47,234 bases of DNA from an uncultured delta proteobacterium (GCA_963808625.1 CAWEHK010000012.1:1-47234), one strand, 5' to 3'; positions 10,287 through 21,052 are shown, counted from the stretch's first letter. Notes: a model not told the origin generated them from the sequence alone. Numbers and translations are program-made.

Positions 10287-12585
10287 TCAAGCGGTAGGCC
10301 CTTTTTCCCGCGGTCCGTTTATCCGCCATCGGCTCTGTTTCTGCTCATCCTTATCCCGGTAAGACAGGCCGTATTGATAGTAATAGTAGTCGTAATAGTA
10401 ATAGCCGTCCCTGCCTGACGTCCATCTTGTTCAATACCACCCCGAGGATTTTGGCATTCAGATCGCCGAGCAGTTTGACCGCCCGCTGGGCGAAGTTCCG
10501 CTTGGTATCTCCGGCCTTAACCACAAGCAGCGTCCCATCGACGAAGGAGGTAAGCACGGCCGCATCGGTTGCGGCCCAAAGCGGAGGAGAATCGAGGATG
10601 ATGCGTCGGTAATCCTGGCGCAAGGATTCCAGAAGGGCATGCATGCGTTTTGATCCCAGCAAATCCGCAGGATTTGGAGGCGATCGGCCCGCTGGTGATG
10701 ACATCCAGGTTAGCCTGGGTTGTTTTCTGAACGTACAGCTTGTGGGTCCACTCTCGTGCCTGCCAGCAAATTCGACAACCCCGGGTCGCGATCCAGGCTG
10801 AATGCTTTGTGCAACACGGGTCTCCGCAGATCGCAATCCACCAGCAGCACGCGGCTTCCCGCCTGGGCCATGACGATGGCGAGATTGGCGGCGGTGAGCG
10901 ATTTGCCCTCACTCTTTCCCGGGCTGGTGACGAGCAGCAGTTGCGGCTGAACGTCGGCAGACGAAAGGAGAAGGTTGGTGCGGAGGGCCCGGTAGGCTTC
11001 GGCGCCCGATGATTTTGTTTCGGCAAGCGCAATCAAAGGCCGGAATCGGCCTGCGCGGATTTGCCGTCGAGTGCAAGATTAGGTACCGCCCCGAGAAACG
11101 TCAGCTCGAGATGCTGTTCGATCTGCTCCGGTTTGGTAAAGGTGTTGTCAAGGTGCTCCAGCAAAAATGCCGTGCCCAGTCCCAGGGCAAGGGCCAGCAT
11201 CAAGCCTTTCATCATCTGCCTCTGCACGTCGGGGCTGCTCGGCGCCCCCGGGACTTCAGCCCGCTCGAGAATCGACGCACTCGGACTCCTGCTCAGCTCT
11301 TCCGTGAGCGAGGTTTCCTTCAGCCGGTTGAGCACCAGATCATAGACCTTCTCATTGCTTTCCACTTCCCGCTTCAGGGCAAAATAACTGACCGTGCGCT
11401 TTTTCAGGTCTTCAATTTCGTTCTGAAGGTCATTTCTGGCTTTCGTGATCGATTTTTCCTGGAGCTTGGCGGTGTCATACTGGACCTCCAGGGCGTTGAC
11501 GATCTTCTGGATTTCCTGACCTTTAGCGGACCGGATGTTCTGGAGCTGCCGCTCAATGGAGGAAATTTTCGGGTGATTGCTGCCATAGGTGGCGGAAAGT
11601 TTGATCGTTTCCTGTTGCAGCTGGATCTCCTGGGTGCGCAGTTCGGCGAGGACCTTGTTGGTAAGCGCTTCGGGAATGGTGTCAAGAGGTTTGGAGAAGC
11701 GGCGAGCTTCAGCGTCTGCTGATATTTGATTTCGAGCATTCCCGCGTTTTCACTGGCCGCCCTGGCTTTCTCCTCCAGAAGCTTCAGTTCCTCCTCGAGC
11801 TTGGTGCCGCGCTTTTCGTCGAGACTCAGGATCCCATAGGTATTCATGAAGTCGTACAATTCGATCCGCGAACGATCAAGGCCCGCCTGTTCCGACTTGA
11901 GGTGATTCTGCAGCCAGGTGATCCCCTGCTGGGTGCTTTCCAGACGGCGGGCCAAACGGTCCTGGATAAAGACCTCGGCCGTGGTGTTGGCGATGAGGGC
12001 CGCTTCGCGCGGGTCAGCACAAGTGCAGACAATCAGAAGGATGTCGGTGTCCTTGATGCCCTTAACGCTTAGCCTGGCGCTAACTTGAGCCGCGCTGTAC
12101 AGGGGGCGGTGCGCAGCAAGACCCTTCTCGGAAGCCTCCGCAGCTGACTTTGCCGGGGCTGGTGGGGAGGGGGAGGAGTGCTTCTGGAAGAAGGAAGATA
12201 TGGTGCGGAGACCGGAAAGCAGTATGTGGAAAGGTTCGCCTTGATAGGGATCAACTGTGCCGCTTTCACGGGCACCGGCTGGGTCCGGCTGGTTGAGTTC
12301 GTTGGCGACTTTCCGGAGGAATTCCTTGGACTGCAGGATTTGCCGATGGGTTTCGGTGGAGGCGCCGTAATCCGAGTAGGATGGGTAGACAAACTGGCCG
12401 CCAAGGGGCTGCATCGGCTGCTCAATCAATACCTTGGCACTGGCGGTGAAAAGGGGGGTCTCGGCGGCGAGCCTGATGAAGCCTGAGACAACGACGATGA
12501 GGGCGACACAAAAGACGATCCAGCGCCGCTTCCAAACGATCAGGACATAGCCCCTGATATCGGATGGCAGTTTGTTTTCCAACAT
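10287..12585 (-). CDS. wzc: Wzc/GumC-type polysaccharide co-polymerase with BY tyrosine kinase domain (several apparent frameshifts)
   Basis: Joined frames: N-terminal TM (WKRRWIV), coiled coils, GSNHP-like motif, second TM, AEAYRALRTNL, Walker A SPGKSEGKS, VLLVDCDLRRP, IILDSPP, GVVLN, then the Tyr cluster DGYYYYDYYYYQYG with stop at 10287. Confidence 0.88.
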
Positions 12586-13177
12586 TGGTCTCAAGTCCTC
12601 AAATGGAAGTGGGGCCGCCAGCCTGAACCATGGCGTCAAGGGTGTTCGTTTTTTGGTAACGGTCAAGCACAAAAATGACCGGGCTTTTTCATTTCACCCC
12701 TTAATCATAAAACGATGAGCCAAAGAAATGCAAGTAATGTGCTGATCCCTCACCTGTTCATCGGCACCATCCTTCACCGCGACGGAGGGAGCCAAGGCAA
12801 CTGTCAGAAGCGGTTCGTAGGAACGCTTCTCCCACCAGGGCTATTTTTCATTGACTCGATTAAGCAATATGTTCAAATTGACACTGTTTCTGGGCTTGAT
12901 CTGGGCACGCTGAGTCAGGCAGTAGTAAGACCCGCCTCTCACCGGTAAGAAACGATTATCCGCTCCGGTGAACGAACAAACACTTTCACACCTTATCCAT
13001 ACCCGTTAAGGAACGAAACTTGCATTTTCAATTTGCCGGATGCCCGCCAGTGGCACGCTGGCATGACGACAGGGTGCCTGCAGCCTCACCCCTTTCTGGT
13101 GCCTGGCCGTCATATCCGCAGGCTTTTGCCGGCAATCCGGGACCCGAAACAAATGCAGGATTTCACCCGTAAAGGGT

Positions 13178-16100
13178 ATGAAACTGTTCAAGGAGAGCAT
13201 CATGCGTATCGGCGAACATCTTTTTCGTTTTCGGTTTCCAGGCCGTTGTCACCTGCTGTTCTGGGGCTTGGTGCTGGCACTGGCGGGGATTGCGGGATTT
13301 CCCGGCTTGGCGTATGCGACGCCAGGTTTTGGATCGGTGTCCAGCACCGCAAGCGGCAATACAAATGTAACCAGTCTCACCATCTCTGTCCCTTCGGGGA
13401 CCGCCGCGAACGACCTGCTCCTTGCAACCATTTCCACCGACGGCGACGTTACCTTTAACACTCCCACGGGGTGGACGCTCCTGAACCAGGGCCCGTCGCC
13501 GGGAAATGATTCCACCCTTGCGGTCTTTTACAGGATCGCCGGCGGATCGGAACCCACAACCTATACATTCACCTGGAGCGGCAATCAACAGGCTGCCGGC
13601 GCCATCCTCCGTTACACCGGGGTGGACTCGATCACCCCCATCAACACCTTCGCCACTGCCACGGGCACCAGTGCCAGTCCTACCGCGCCGAGTGTGACGA
13701 CCACCGTGGCCGATACGATGGTCGTTCGGATCTTCGGGGCTGACTTTAGCGGAACCATATCACCCCCGCCTGGCAACACCTTACGCGTCGGTCTCTCAAG
13801 CAGCACCGGCAATGGCGCCACCAGTCTGGGCGCGGCTGACTTGACGCAGGCGGCGGCCGGCGCCACCGGTACTGCGGCGTTTACCTACGTGAATGAACAA
13901 TGGCGCAGCATGACTGTCGCCCTGGCCCCCAGCAAGTTCCCGGGCTGTGCCGATCTCAATAACAGTACTCCGGGCACTAACCTGAGCGGGGTGGTCAATA
14001 CTTATTATCCCGGCACCACCGGGACCGTCAGCATCGGGGCCACCTCCATCCCGGTTGGAACCTCACGAGGCGCCGGTACGCCAATTGCATCGGGCGACCT
14101 CCTGTTGGTTATGCAGATGCAGTATGCAGACATCAATTCCACGAACACCGCCAATTACGGCGCTGGTACGGGCACGGCGAGCGGGGCCACCAGTTACGCC
14201 ACCGCAGGCTACTACGAGTATGTGGTTGCGACCGGAGCCGTAAGCGGCGGGGCTGTGCCCATTGCCGGCGAGGGGCCCGGCAGCGGTTTGTTGAACACCT
14301 ACGTCCAGGCTGCGTACTCGACCCAGGGACAGCGCACCTACCAGGTGGTCAGGGTGCCCCAGTACCAAACGGCCACCGTCACCGGCACGATCACGGCCGC
14401 CCCGTGGAACGGCAGCTCCGGAGGGATCGTGGCCATCGAGGTGGTCGGGCAGTTGACCTTTTCCGGCGGGGGGATCAATGTCGACGGCCAGGGTTTCCGG
14501 GGCGGCGGCGGACAGCAGCTCCAAGGCCAGAGCGGAGCCGGTCTTCTCAATACCGATTACCGTACCCTGGCGACTTATGCCGCCAACGGCAACAAGGGCG
14601 AGGGCGTGGCCGGTTCGTCCAGGTATATGTACGACGGCACCTCGACCCTCGTGAATACGGGCGTAGAAGGCTACCCCAACGGCAGCCGGGCCCGCGGCGC
14701 TCCGGGTAACGCCGGCGGCGGCGGCACGGATGGCGATCCCGCAACCGCTTCCCCCAATGGAAACGATCAGAACTCAGGCGGCGGCGGCGGCGGCAACGGC
14801 GGCGCAGGGGGACGGGGCGGCAACAGCTGGTCTTCAAACCTGGCTGTCGGCGGTTATGGCGGCGCCGTCTTCCCCTATTCCACCAGCCGTTTGGCTATGG
14901 GAGGCGGGGGCGGCTCCGGCAGCCGCAACAACTCGACGGGCGTTCAGTCCAGTGGCGGCTTGGGCGGCGGCATTATCATGGTCCGCGCCGACAGCATTAC
15001 GGGAACCGCCACCCTCAGCGCCAACGGCGGCTGGCCGGCCTCTGACAACTACACCCCGGCCAACGACGGGGCCGGGGGCGGCGGAGCGGGCGGCAGCGTA
15101 CTGGTGTTTGCCCGAACCGGGGTCCTCACCAGCCTCACCATAAGCACCAACGGAGGCAACGGCGCCAATTCCTGGCCCAATCAACCTCCCAACGGTACTC
15201 CAGGAGAACGGCACGGCCCCGGCGGCGGGGGCGGCGGGGGGGTGATCTATCTTTCCAGTGCTGCCGGCGCCACCAGTGTTACCGGTGGCGCCAATGGTAC
15301 GACCACCACCGCGGCGGATGCTTATGGAGCCGCTTCGGGCACTAACGGCGCCGTGGTTGCCACGCTGACCGCCGGGAACATTCCGGGAACGGCTTCGGAT
15401 GCTGTTTGCGCCGCCACGCTTGCCGGTGATCAGGGAGTTCCGCGCGGAAGAGGACGGCGGTCAGGTGGTACTGGCGTGGCGCACCGGGTTCGAGATCGGC
15501 ACCGTGGGCTTCCATGTGGAGCGCCGTGACCCGGTGACCGGGACCTTACGAGCGGATCAATCACCGGCTGCTTCCTGCTCTGCTCGGGGCCCCGCAGGGA
15601 GGCGTCTACCGGTTTGCGGACGGGAACGCCCTGCCGGGTGAGGTCTATACCTACCGTCTGGTGGAGCTGGAGGCCTGGGGCGGCAATCGGTTCCACGGGC
15701 CATACACGGTTGTTGCCGATGCAGCCGCCACGGAGAAAGCGGACATCTCGGCCCCGGCCCGCACCGAAGCGATAACCGGTTCCGGACATGATGATCCGGC
15801 CTCCGGTTACCGGGCGATCCCCAACCCCTTGCGGCCGAAAATTCAGGCCGGCCGGCGCGGCACCGGCCCGGCCGCTTTCCCAACCGCCGATCGTAAAGAC
15901 GAGTCGACTGCGCAAAGCCTCCCGAAAACCTCCTTCTCTGCCGCGTCGCCCGGCAGCGCCCAGGTCAAGGTCCGCGAGGACGGACTGGTGTTCGTCTCCG
16001 CCGCCGATCTCGCCGTGGCGATGGGCACGAGCGAGAGCGAGACGCGCCAGCGGCTCAAGCAGGGTCTATTGAAGACCATGCAGGGAGGGCGGGACGTGGC

Positions 16101-17962
16101 CTGGCTGGGAGCGAGCGACAGCAGCGGACTCTTTTTCTACGGGCAACATCTCGACAGTCTCTACACCCGCGACAACGTCTACCGGTTCAACTCCGGCGTG
16201 GGAAAGAAGATGGGGGTGATCTCGGGCAAGCCGACCGGTTCCGTGGCCGCGGGCGTGTTCACCGACACGATGGTCTTCGAGGAAGACATCCTCGCGGCGA
16301 CCCTTGCGGCCACCGACCCGGAGTCGGACTACTGGTTCTGGGAGGGCTTCATCGGCGGCGATCCCGATTACGGCAGGAAATCGTTCACCCTGAACCTGCC
16401 CGACGCGGTGGCGGGAACCAGCCTGACGGTGCGTCTCAACGGGGTCTCCTCGGGCGCCCATCCGGTGGAGGTGCGGTGGAATGGACAACCGCTCGGCAGC
16501 AGCACCTGGAGCGGTCTTGGTAATCAGCAACTGGTGTTTTCTCTCGGGGGTGCCGCCATGCTGAGCGGAGCCAACACGGTGGAGCTGACAGCCCTGGGCG
16601 ATGCCGAGAACCTGTTCTTCCTCGACAGCTTCGAGGTGACCTACGACCGGCTCGCACGAGCCGTGGGGGATCAACTTAAATTGACGACGGCCCCGAGCGG
16701 CGCCGTGGCCGTGGAAGGATTCGAGCGCTCCGACATCATTGTGCTCAACATCACCGATCCGCGACTGCCCGTCTCCGTTACCGGACTGCGGCTCGATGCC
16801 GGACGGGTCGGGCTACCGGGTCAGCTTTCTCGGCCAGGCGAGCCATCGGTATTTTCTGACCACCCCCGCGGCGGCGACCGTGTTGCGGCCTTACCCGGTG
16901 CTCGCGGGCAAACTCGCGGTAAAAGACAGGGTGGCTTACGTCATCATCACCTGCGACCAGCTTGCGGAGGGGGCGCAGGCGCTTGCCGAGCTTCGCCGGC
17001 GGCGCGGGCTGAACGCTCGGGTGGTGACGCTGGAGGCGATTTACAATGAATTCAGTCAGGGCATTGCCGACCCCCGTGCGATCCGTGACTTCCTGCAGTA
17101 CGCCAGGGGCAAATGGGGAAGCCGGTATGCCGTCCTGGTGGGTTCGGGCACATACGACTATCGCGATTTGGAGGGTCAGGGAGACAACCTGGTACCCACC
17201 TTGATGACGGCCACGCCTTACGGGCTGTATGCCTGTGACGGGTGTTTCGCAGATTTCCTCGGCAATGGCATGCCGCAACTGGCGGTGAGCCGTATCCCTG
17301 CGGGCAACGCCGCTCAGCTCCAGGCCTACGTGAACAAGCTCGCCTCTTATGAGGAGCTTCAGGCATCCGACCGGACCCGAGAAGTTTTGATGTTGGCCGA
17401 TGCGCGCGACCCCCTGGCGGGCGATTTCCCGAAAGACAGTGACGGCGTCGCCTCGCTGGTGCCGCCGGATGTCTCGATTAAGAAGATTTATCTCAGCACA
17501 ACCGACCCTGACCCCGCCCGGCAGTTGACCATTGAAACCATGAACGCCGGCCTGTTCTGGGTCAATTACATCGGCCACGGGGGCATGGACCGGCTGGCCG
17601 ATGCCGGACTGCTGGCCTCGGGCGATGAGGCCGTGCTCAACAATACGAACCTCCTTCCGGTATTGTCGGCCATAACTTGCGCCGTCAACCGCTTTGAGAT
17701 TCCGGGGATGCGGTCCCTTGGGGAAGAACTGGTGCTTGACACCGACGGTGGAGCCATCGCCGTTTGGGCCCCGACCGGACTCTCAATCAATACTTTTGCA
17801 GTTCAAATCAACAAGTCGCTGTTCAACGAAGTGTTTGAGAAGCGGCGGCAGCTTCTTGGCGACGCCGTAAGGCAGGCTTTGGCGGCGAACAGCAAAATCC
17901 CGCCTTTTATGTTGCGCATCTACAACCTTCTCGGTGATGGGGCGCTCCTCCTGAGCGAATGA
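13178..17962 (+). CDS. Large secreted multidomain protein (~1,590 aa): beta-rich N-domain, Gly-rich region, Ig/FN3-like domain, C-terminal gingipain-type C25 cysteine peptidase; frameshifts near 15425, 15545 and 16800
   Basis: Signal peptide ending GLAYA; ORFs 13178-15529, 15399-15641, 15661-17049 and 16739-17962 join into coherent domains; C25 motifs YVIIT, IYNEFSQG, YAVLVGSGTYDY, NYIGHG (His), AITCAVNRF (Cys), YNLLGD. Confidence 0.85.
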
Positions 17963-17968
17963 AAGGAT

Positions 17969-18154
17969 ATGGGCAGAGTGGGATTAGTCGGGCCGCCAGT
18001 GCACGATCAGAAACCATCAATACCAAAGAAGCGCTATGAGAAGCCGAGGATTCTCGCCCGTGAACCTTTGGAAGCGGTGGCCGCAGTTTGCAAACCGGTG
18101 CCTCCGGCAAAAACCAACCGCGTGACCTGTCGCCAGGGACCGAACCGGTCATGA
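17969..18154 (+). CDS. Putative RiPP precursor peptide (61 aa; KKRYEKPRI leader, two Cys, C-terminal Ser)
   Basis: Starts 6 nt after the C25 stop with an aagga RBS; stop overlaps next ATG (ATGA at 18151-18154); YxxPxI RRE-binding motif; PqqD and rSAM genes downstream. Confidence 0.75.
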   Translation: MGRVGLVGPPVHDQKPSIPKKRYEKPRILAREPLEAVAAVCKPVPPAKTNRVTCRQGPNRS

Positions 18155-18663
18155 TCTCCAATGAAAACCCATATTGCTCAACCCAAAATGGTCTCGCCTG
18201 CCGTGATGATCGGTCCGGTGGTGGACCTGATTGGAGAAGGAGCCGCCGGGTCATGGTTCAGGGCTTGGCCGCTATTTCCCTCAAGGATGATCTGCACTTC
18301 CGGGTTACGGGTTCATGCATGGGCTCGGTGCTGGTTGACGGCGGCTCTGTGAAGCTGGCTTCGAGGTCGCGCTATTGGCCCGGGGATGTAGTCGTGGCAT
18401 GGTGGCCGGAAGATGGCTTTCGCCTCCACCGAGTCATCGGGGGATATCGCCGGAATGGCGCCTGGAGACTATTGACCCAGGCGGATGCCGCCGACATGCC
18501 GGATTGTGCCCTGCCAAGAGCTCACGTGGTGGGAAGGGTGGTCGGGGGTGATTGCGATCACGCCATCGCTCGCGTTCCCGTTCGACATCGCCTGTGGGCA
18601 CTGGGGCGCTTCGCAACATTTATCATGTCAACCTTGGTGAGCAAATCACATGGCCTTTGGTGA
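18151..18663 (+). CDS. S24/S26-fold (signal peptidase-like) protein, Cys at the nucleophile position
   Basis: FRVTGSCMGSVL..G, YWPGDVVV, LHRVIG, LLTQAD, VVGRV match the S26 box pattern; start uncertain (18151 or 18253). Confidence 0.72.
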   Translation: MISNENPYCSTQNGLACRDDRSGGGPDWRRSRRVMVQGLAAISLKDDLHFRVTGSCMGSVLVDGGSVKLASRSRYWPGDVVVAWWPEDGFRLHRVIGGYRRNGAWRLLTQADAADMPDCALPRAHVVGRVVGGDCDHAIARVPVRHRLWALGRFATFIMSTLVSKSHGLW

Positions 18664-19582
18664 ATACTTCATGACGAGACCGCCGAGCGAGGTTGAATCC
18701 GCATTAGCCCCGTGGGGAGGGAACCGGGTCGTCCTTGAGATGATCGGCGGCCCCTATGCGTTTTCCGGTCTTTCCGTTCAGCAAAGCCGGTGGATTCGTG
18801 AGCACCTGGAGACACTCTGCAACAACTCCACGGCTTGCACTCCCGCCAGCGAGACAGAAGTCTGCCGTGCTTCCGAAGACCTCTTCAAACCCATTGATGT
18901 GCGAGGCTGGGAATACACGTATGAGCGCGACTACCAATTGGATCATGTGAGCCTGGCAGGGCTTTGTTTTTTCGGTCGGGTCACTCTTCGATCCCCCTGC
19001 TGCGGGCGCTTATGGACCAGTGCGACGTCCCCTGAGAACTTCGAAGGAGTGTTCGAGAACTTCTTGCGCGTTCTGGTCACCTACAGGATCGCCGCAAGGG
19101 GAGGCATACTCCTGCACAGTGCGGCGATTGCGAAGGGGGGGCGTGCGATCCTCCTTGCGGGAAACTCGGGAGCAGGCAAATCAACCGCGTCAAAGCTCGC
19201 TTTGGATGCGGGATGGGAAGTGCTTTCCGATGACCTGAATGCACTGATGCCGGAAGGCGCCGCGTGGACGGTCGAGAAAGTACCCTTTGCCGGCGATTTG
19301 GGTTCAACCACAACGGACGCCCGCTCCTATCCCCTTGACGGTGTGTTTTGGCTGGAAAAGGCCGACAGGCATGGCCTTGTTGAAACATCAAAAGCCCTCC
19401 TTCTGGCGCATCTCCTCAGCTGCGCACCACTGCTCAACGAAGACCCCTTCCGGGTCGATCAGGCGTTGGCGACTCTGAACGCCCTGGTGCTGGCCCTTGG
19501 TCGAGGCACTTTGCGGTTCGCCCGGGATGAGGGATTCCTCGGACTGCTTATGCCAAACGCGGACAGACCCCATGGAAACTGA
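18650..19582 (+). CDS. HPr kinase-related P-loop protein (RiPP-cluster type)
   Basis: ENFLRVL, LLHSAAI, Walker A GNSGAGKST, VLSDDL, VPFAG. Confidence 0.82.
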   Translation: MAFGEYFMTRPPSEVESALAPWGGNRVVLEMIGGPYAFSGLSVQQSRWIREHLETLCNNSTACTPASETEVCRASEDLFKPIDVRGWEYTYERDYQLDHVSLAGLCFFGRVTLRSPCCGRLWTSATSPENFEGVFENFLRVLVTYRIAARGGILLHSAAIAKGGRAILLAGNSGAGKSTASKLALDAGWEVLSDDLNALMPEGAAWTVEKVPFAGDLGSTTTDARSYPLDGVFWLEKADRHGLVETSKALLLAHLLSCAPLLNEDPFRVDQALATLNALVLALGRGTLRFARDEGFLGLLMPNADRPHGN

Positions 19583-19874
19583 GTTCTCCCGGTTTCGCTT
19601 AAAACGAGATGTCCTCTACCGCCGAGTCTGGGACGAAGGCGTGGTGCTCCTCAAGTCTTTGGGTGAGGTGCTCGTGCTCAATGATGTCGGCACCCGCATC
19701 GTCGAGCTATGCGAAACGGGAATCTCAGCGCGCGATCTCGTGACCCGGCTCGTGCAGGAATTTGACGTTGAGCCGGAGCGCCTGGAAGCAGACCTTCGGG
19801 ACTTCATCCAGGACTTGAAGGATGCCGGTGTCCTTGAACCTCTTGATGCCCTCGAGCCGGAGCCGCCGACGTGA
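19572..19874 (+). CDS. PqqD-family RiPP recognition element (RRE)
   Basis: YRRVWDEGVVL...VLNDVGTRIVEL...LVQEFDVEPERLEADLRDFIQDLKDAGVL; 100 aa. Confidence 0.92.
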   Translation: METEFSRFRLKRDVLYRRVWDEGVVLLKSLGEVLVLNDVGTRIVELCETGISARDLVTRLVQEFDVEPERLEADLRDFIQDLKDAGVLEPLDALEPEPPT

Positions 19875-20899
19875 CATACAGCGACCTGCTGACCAGGATG
19901 CTTAATGAGAACTTCTTGTTCTCGGCACTGTTTGAGCTTACCTACCGCTGCAATCTTAATTGTTACCTTTGCTACAATGATCGTAAGCGAACCGGCATGC
20001 CTCTATCGCTTGAAGAATATGTGACGATCTTCCACGATCTGAGGGACCTGGGAACCTTCGAGCTCACCTTCAGTGGTGGCGAGCCATTGCTGTATCCTGG
20101 TTTCTTTGAGTTAGGAAGGGTGGCCCGACAGCTCGGGTTCGCACTGCGCGTAAAAACCAACGGTATCGCTTTAGAGGAGGCGGTGGCCGCGAGACTCCTG
20201 AACGAAGTGGATCCTTTCATCGTTGAGATCAGCCTGCATGGGGCGCGCGCCGCGACATACGAGCGGCAGACGAGGGTATCGGGAAGCTTCGGGAGGTTGA
20301 TGGCTAATCTTCAAAGCCTCCGCAAGCTGGGGGTGCGGGTTCAACTCAACGCCCCTTTGACGGCCTGGAACGAAGCTGAATTGGAGGCGATGATCGATCT
20401 CGCGGAAGCTCTGGGCATGGGAATACAGATCGACCCCAACCTCACCCCGCGTGATGACGGAAGCCTGGAACCCTTGTGCCTTTCCCCATCCCCTCAGGCA
20501 AGCGAGAGCTTGCTCAGGATTTACCGGGAAGCCGTAGAGGTCGCACCGTCACACATGGACCAGGATGCGTCCGGGGTACCGGGACCGGTGCTTTTCACCC
20601 CAGCCAGGCGCAAGTTCTGCGGGGCCGGGTCTTTGGGGGTGGCCGTCGATCCCTGGGGCAACGTTTATCCCTGCGTGCAATGGCGGACGCCGGCAGGGAA
20701 CCTCCACGAAGACTCCATCACCAGCATCTGGAGCGGCTCACCGGTATTGCAGGGCGTTCGCGAGACCCTGGCAAACATTATGGTTAAGAGGCAAGCCCAG
20801 GATGCCGGCTCTTTGGCTACAGCGTTCTGTCCGGGGCTGACACCCCAATTGGAGAGCCGACCGCTGCCGCTGGCAAGTGGTAATAGAGCTTTTGTATGA
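19871..20899 (+). CDS. Radical SAM enzyme with reduced SPASM/Twitch domain
   Basis: ELTYRCNLNCYLCY (CxxxCxxC), FSGGEPL, KTNG, EISLHG; auxiliary CGAG-x-G-x4-C and FCPG; GTGA overlap with the RRE gene. Confidence 0.93.
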   Translation: MTYSDLLTRMLNENFLFSALFELTYRCNLNCYLCYNDRKRTGMPLSLEEYVTIFHDLRDLGTFELTFSGGEPLLYPGFFELGRVARQLGFALRVKTNGIALEEAVAARLLNEVDPFIVEISLHGARAATYERQTRVSGSFGRLMANLQSLRKLGVRVQLNAPLTAWNEAELEAMIDLAEALGMGIQIDPNLTPRDDGSLEPLCLSPSPQASESLLRIYREAVEVAPSHMDQDASGVPGPVLFTPARRKFCGAGSLGVAVDPWGNVYPCVQWRTPAGNLHEDSITSIWSGSPVLQGVRETLANIMVKRQAQDAGSLATAFCPGLTPQLESRPLPLASGNRAFV

Positions 20900-21052
20900 A
20901 ATCCCCCCGCCATTTGTTAAAGGGGAGCGAAGAAGATTTCACGATTCGTTGTGCCCCACGGGTCATGGCGGGGGCATTAGCCAAATGTGAATCAGTCAGA
21001 ACACCATTGACGTCAAATATGCACCCTTGATTTGTGATGTATCCATTATCGG

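Noticed and set aside
12590..13177. Riboswitch or sigma54 site in the wzc/C25 divergent region
   Set aside because: Short hairpins and a tggcacg exist, but there is no TTGC at the right spacing and no recognisable c-di-GMP or other riboswitch core.
17969..20899. Lasso peptide or PQQ cluster
   Set aside because: No asparagine-synthetase-like cyclase or transglutaminase-like B2 protease, no ring-forming Asp/Glu in the core, and no pqqB/pqqC or ExxxY motif.
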